Shown here: positions 59,961-64,000 of the stretch, piece after piece
Position numbering within the stretch: position 1 is the stretch's first letter
How the letters are laid out: every line of letters begins with the position of its first letter
Made by a program: the position numbers and the translations under genes
From: Salinivirgaceae bacterium
GTDB lineage: Bacteria; Bacteroidota; Bacteroidia; Bacteroidales; SZUA-534
NCBI GenBank assembly: GCA_024405635.1
Contig: JAKSOL010000007.1
Span: 40,755-104,754 of the forward strand
Length of the DNA: 64,000 nt
Direction of reading: 5' to 3'
The notes under the pieces: model-generated
Told to the model about the DNA's origin: nothing
Seen by the model: only the letters and a program-made list of their open reading frames with translations
The model's database searches: none

Positions 59961-61244
59961 ATGAAGATTGTAAAATATCCGAATAAGGCTGAATGGGCAG
60001 AACTATTGGCTCGTCCGTCGTTTGATAACTCAAGCCTTACAGCTACTGTTAAAGGAGTTTTGGATGATATTCGCACTCGTGGCGATGTGGCTGTGCGCGA
60101 ATACGAACTAAAGTTTGACAAAGTACAACTAGTTGATCTTAGAGTTTCGGACGCAGAGTTTGTTGAAGCTGAAGCTTTGATATCAGACGAGTTAAAAAGT
60201 GCAATTTGCTCAGCAAAAGAGAATATTGCCAAATTTCATGCAGCGCAAGACACTCCATTACCTTGTGTTGAAACAATGCAAGGCGTTAAGTGTTGGCAAA
60301 AAGCAATGCCAATTCAGCGTGTTGGGTTGTATATTCCTGGTGGTACTGCCCCACTTTTTTCAACCGTATTGATGCTTGCAGTTCCTGCACAAATAGCAGG
60401 TTGTAAGGAGATTACACTTTGTTCGCCTCCAAATAAAGAAGGAAAAATACACCCTGCAGTATTGTATGCAGCAAAAGTTGCCGGTGTTAACAACATTTTT
60501 AAGATTGGTGGAGTTCAAGCAATTGGTGCTATGGCTTATGGAACCGAATCGGTGAACAAAGTATATAAGATATTTGGTCCTGGTAATCAGTTTGTTACAT
60601 GTGCAAAGCAGATTGTAAGTTTGAAAGATGTTGCAATTGATATGCCAGCAGGACCATCGGAAGTTGAAGTTATTGCCGACGAAACAGCAAACGCTTCATT
60701 TGTAGCAGCCGATTTATTGTCGCAAGCTGAGCATGGTGCTGATAGTCAAGCTATTCTTATTACATCGAGCGAAAAACTTGCAACCGATGTAATGGTAGAA
60801 GTTGAGCGTCAGGTGGCGGCACTTCCACGTTTAGCTTTGGCCGAAAAGTCGCTTGAACATAGCCGAATTATTGTGGTTCACAATCTTGAGGAGGTAATTG
60901 ATATTACAAACGAGTATGCCCCAGAGCACTTGATTATTCAAACCAAAAACTACATGGAGATTGCTGAGCGTATTTGCAATGCCGGCTCACTATTCCTTGG
61001 TCACTTAACCCCAGAAAGTGCTGGCGATTACGCATCAGGAACTAACCATACACTGCCTACTAGCGGTTATGCAAAGGCTTACAGTGGTGTGAATCTTGAT
61101 AGTTTCCGCAAAAAAATGACTTACCAAGAAATAACTTCAGAAGGTATAAGAAACATAGCCGAAATTGTGGAAACGATGGCAGAGAACGAAGAGTTGTTTG
61201 CTCATAAAAACGCAATGACACTGAGAAAAATGAGTAATAAATAG
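59961..61244 (+). CDS. hisD: histidinol dehydrogenase
   Basis: 427 aa with the motifs IDMPAGPSEV and SQAEHG. Confidence 0.95.
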   Translation: MKIVKYPNKAEWAELLARPSFDNSSLTATVKGVLDDIRTRGDVAVREYELKFDKVQLVDLRVSDAEFVEAEALISDELKSAICSAKENIAKFHAAQDTPLPCVETMQGVKCWQKAMPIQRVGLYIPGGTAPLFSTVLMLAVPAQIAGCKEITLCSPPNKEGKIHPAVLYAAKVAGVNNIFKIGGVQAIGAMAYGTESVNKVYKIFGPGNQFVTCAKQIVSLKDVAIDMPAGPSEVEVIADETANASFVAADLLSQAEHGADSQAILITSSEKLATDVMVEVERQVAALPRLALAEKSLEHSRIIVVHNLEEVIDITNEYAPEHLIIQTKNYMEIAERICNAGSLFLGHLTPESAGDYASGTNHTLPTSGYAKAYSGVNLDSFRKKMTYQEITSEGIRNIAEIVETMAENEELFAHKNAMTLRKMSNK

Positions 61245-61269
61245 TTGGTTAATATAAATTCAAAACCAG

Positions 61270-62310
61270 ATGAATATGTTGAATATCAACACATTAGTTC
61301 GCCCATGCATAGCACGATTAAAACCATACTCGTGTGCTCGCGATGAGTTTAAGGGTGAGGCTCGTGTTTTTGTTGATGCAAACGAAAATCCGTTTGACGA
61401 AAACAAATACAACCGCTATCCTGATCCATTGCAGATGGCTGTTAAACAGCAAATTGCAGGGCTGAAAAAAGTTCGTCCAACTCAAATTATGCTTGGTAAT
61501 GGTAGCGATGAACCCATCGATTTGATTTACCGCATTTTTTGTGAACCTACAGTAAACAATGCAGTTGCAATTGCTCCAACATACGGAATGTATGGTGTTT
61601 GTGCCGACATTAACAATGTTGAGTATAGGTCGGTTAACTTAAACGATGATTACTCGCTTGATGCTAGTAGATTACTTGCCGCAGTTGATGCTAATACTCG
61701 AGTTATTTGGCTTTGTTCGCCAAACAATCCAACAGGTAATTTGCTCAATCGTAGCGAAATAAAGAAGATTCTTGTTGGTTTTAATGGCATTGTTGTTGTT
61801 GACGAAGCTTATGTTGACTTTTCATCTGAAGAGTCGTGGTTAAGTGAGTTGAGTAACTACCCTAATTTGATTGTGTTACAAACATTTAGCAAGGCTTGGG
61901 GAATGGCATCGGTACGTTGTGGAATGGCATTTGCTAGCGAAGAGATTATTGGCTATTTCAACAAAGTAAAGTATCCGTATAACATTAACAAGTTGACCCA
62001 AGAGTTTGTTCTTAGCCGCTTGCAGAATGTTGAATTAAAGGAAAAACAAACCAAAATAATTCTAGATGAACGTCCAAAATTAGTGTCGGAACTTGAAAAA
62101 CTTTCAGTTGTAGAAAAAGTTTATGCAAGCGATGCTAACTTCTTGCTAGTCAGGGTTGACAATGCTCCCAAAATATACAACGAATTAGCTATCAGAGGTA
62201 TTGTTGTTCGTAGCCGCCACAACATAGTTTTGTGTAACAACTGTTTGCGCATCACTATAGGAACGGCTGACGAAAACAAGATTATTGTTGAAACATTGAA
62301 AGAACTATAA
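61270..62310 (+). CDS. hisC: histidinol-phosphate aminotransferase
   Basis: 346 aa class II aminotransferase with the PLP-lysine context TFSKAWG. Confidence 0.9.
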   Translation: MNMLNINTLVRPCIARLKPYSCARDEFKGEARVFVDANENPFDENKYNRYPDPLQMAVKQQIAGLKKVRPTQIMLGNGSDEPIDLIYRIFCEPTVNNAVAIAPTYGMYGVCADINNVEYRSVNLNDDYSLDASRLLAAVDANTRVIWLCSPNNPTGNLLNRSEIKKILVGFNGIVVVDEAYVDFSSEESWLSELSNYPNLIVLQTFSKAWGMASVRCGMAFASEEIIGYFNKVKYPYNINKLTQEFVLSRLQNVELKEKQTKIILDERPKLVSELEKLSVVEKVYASDANFLLVRVDNAPKIYNELAIRGIVVRSRHNIVLCNNCLRITIGTADENKIIVETLKEL

Positions 62311-62311
62311 C

Positions 62312-63463
62312 ATGGCGCGCAAACTATTATTTATTGACCGCGACGGAACTCTTATTAAAGAACCAGCTGACGAGCAAATTGACAGTCTTGAAAAATTGCA
62401 GTTTGTACCTGAAATGTTTCGTAATTTGTCGTTTGTGGCAAAAAATCTTGACTTTGAACTAGTTATGGTGTCAAATCAAGACGGTTTAGGCACCGACGCT
62501 TATCCTGAAAGTCAATTTAGACCTTTACATAATCTAATAATTCAAACACTTAAAGGCGAAGGCATTTGTTTTTCAGCCGAAAAAATTGACAACCACTTCC
62601 CTGCCGATAATCATCCAAACCGCAAACCGGGAATAGGAATGCTCTCCGAGTACATAAATAATCCTAATTATGATTTGGCAGGTAGTTATGTGATTGGTGA
62701 CCGCGAAACTGATGCTCAGTTGGCTCGAAATTTGGGCTGTAAAGCTTTGATTATTTCAAATCCAGACATTACAACCATTGAAGGAAAAACCGATTTTTCT
62801 TCGGTTCACGAACTAGGCCCACAAGCCGATGGTGTTACTTATGTTGACTCGTGGAATCGTATTTCGGAGTTGCTTTTTGCTGGTGAGCGAACAGCAACCG
62901 TTAAGCGAACAACCAAAGAAACAGATATTTACGTAAACATTAATCTTGACGGTACTGGTAAATGTGAAATAAGTACCGGATTGGGATTTTTTGACCACAT
63001 GCTTGAGCAAATTGGACGACATTCAGGCTCTGACTTAACAATTAAAGTTAAAGGAGACTTACATGTTGATGAGCATCACACAATTGAAGACACTGCAATA
63101 GCTCTAGGCGAGGCTATTTTGAAGGCACTTGGCGACAAACGAGGTATTGAGCGATATGGTTTTTGCTTGCCAATGGACGATTGTTTGTGTCAGGTTGCAC
63201 TTGATTTTGGTGGCCGTGCTTGGCTTGTTTATGATGCAGAATTTAAACGCGAAAAAATTGGAGATATGCCAACCGAAATGTTCCTTCATTTTTTCAAAAG
63301 TTTGAGCGATGCTGCACGTATGAACTTGAATATTAAGGCTGAAGGTGAAAATGAGCATCACAAAATTGAAGGCATATTCAAAGCATTAGCCAAATCGATA
63401 AAAATGGCAGTGAAACGTGATATTTATAAATACGAACTACCCAGCACAAAAGGAATGCTATGA
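62312..63463 (+). CDS. hisB: bifunctional histidinol-phosphatase / imidazoleglycerol-phosphate dehydratase
   Basis: 383 aa with an N-terminal HAD motif (FIDRDGT) and C-terminal IGPD motifs ([17 protein letters not shown]). Confidence 0.9.
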   Translation: MARKLLFIDRDGTLIKEPADEQIDSLEKLQFVPEMFRNLSFVAKNLDFELVMVSNQDGLGTDAYPESQFRPLHNLIIQTLKGEGICFSAEKIDNHFPADNHPNRKPGIGMLSEYINNPNYDLAGSYVIGDRETDAQLARNLGCKALIISNPDITTIEGKTDFSSVHELGPQADGVTYVDSWNRISELLFAGERTATVKRTTKETDIYVNINLDGTGKCEISTGLGFFDHMLEQIGRHSGSDLTIKVKGDLHVDEHHTIEDTAIALGEAILKALGDKRGIERYGFCLPMDDCLCQVALDFGGRAWLVYDAEFKREKIGDMPTEMFLHFFKSLSDAARMNLNIKAEGENEHHKIEGIFKALAKSIKMAVKRDIYKYELPSTKGML

Positions 63464-64000
63464 AAATAGTTGTAATTAAATACAATGCAGGCAACATTCG
63501 CTCGGTTTGCAATGCGCTTAAACGCTTAGGCTACGAGGCTGAAATTACCGACGATGTTGAAAAAATTAAAGCAGCCGACAAAGTGATTTTTCCTGGCGTT
63601 GGCGAGGCTTCAACCACAATGAAATACCTTCGCGAATCGGGGTTAGATAAAGTGATTGTAAGTTTAAAACAACCCGTTTTGGGCATCTGCCTAGGCATGC
63701 AACTGATGTGTAAATTTTCAGAAGAAGGCAATGTTGATTGTCTTGGCATTTTTGATGTGCCAGTAAAACGATTTCAACTCCCAGCACAAAACGTTGATAA
63801 TCTGAAAATTCCACAAATGGGTTGGAATACCATCACTTCAGTTAAGAGCCCACTTTATAATGCTCAGCTCGAAAATCAGTATGTTTATTTTGTTCACAGC
63901 TACTATGTTCCTCTTTGCGATTATACCGCTGCAACAACCAACTATACAATAAGTTATAGCTCGTCGTTGCATCGCGATAATTTTTATGCAACACAGTTTC
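63460..64000 (+). CDS. hisH: imidazole glycerol phosphate synthase glutaminase subunit (partial, runs off the window)
   Basis: Hand-translated from ATG 63460, which overlaps the hisB stop as ATGA: [32 protein letters not shown]...GVG...GICLGMQL. It is absent from the ORF track because no stop codon falls inside the window. Confidence 0.85.
   Translation, partial: MKIVVIKYNAGNIRSVCNALKRLGYEAEITDDVEKIKAADKVIFPGVGEASTTMKYLRESGLDKVIVSLKQPVLGICLGMQLMCKFSEEGNVDCLGIFDVPVKRFQLPAQNVDNLKIPQMGWNTITSVKSPLYNAQLENQYVYFVHSYYVPLCDYTAATTNYTISYSSSLHRDNFYATQF

Overview
The window looks like a Bacteroidota chromosome segment, judged from TTTG/TAnnTTTG-type promoters and from SPOR-amidase, 7TMR-DISM, DUF4924, DUF4143 and RRM-protein genes. 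All calls come from reading the sequence and the ORF track by eye; no searches were run. Most of it is ordinary core metabolism: glnK-amtB-asnB-purF-pyrG, recG, an LptD-like outer-membrane protein, an amidase, MlaD, two two-component systems, a NUDIX-regulator plus galK-galT-galE operon, a POT transporter, dsbD, rng, hup, alaS and purU. Further along are a preQ1-riboswitch-controlled yhhQ-queC-queF operon, Na/Pi and nucleoside transporters, a ROK kinase, nadA, and a hisGDCBH operon preceded by a His-codon leader peptide and attenuator. No rRNA or tRNA genes were recognised. The exceptional part is a roughly 9 kb accessory island (39043-48045) between purU and the que operon. It holds an intact type II-like cas1-cas2 pair with no cas9, no tracrRNA anti-repeat and no other effector. 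This pair is followed 50 bp later by eight direct copies of a 35-bp CRISPR-type repeat. The segments between repeats are 412-2350 bp, not about 30 bp. They consist of gene fragments typical of mobile elements (DUF4143 ATPase, GLUG-protein fragment, DUF4160/DUF2442, HicB-like, PBECR-like nuclease, RecA-like ATPase) that the repeats cut off abruptly. One segment is an inverted, diverged partial copy of another. A small structured RNA with its own promoter and terminator is conserved between those two copies. Repeat degeneration increases with distance from cas2 (0, then 2, then 4 mismatches), as in a genuine polarised array. I consider this a candidate for an undescribed 'giant-spacer' or long-fragment capture locus, and I list alternative explanations with the finding.
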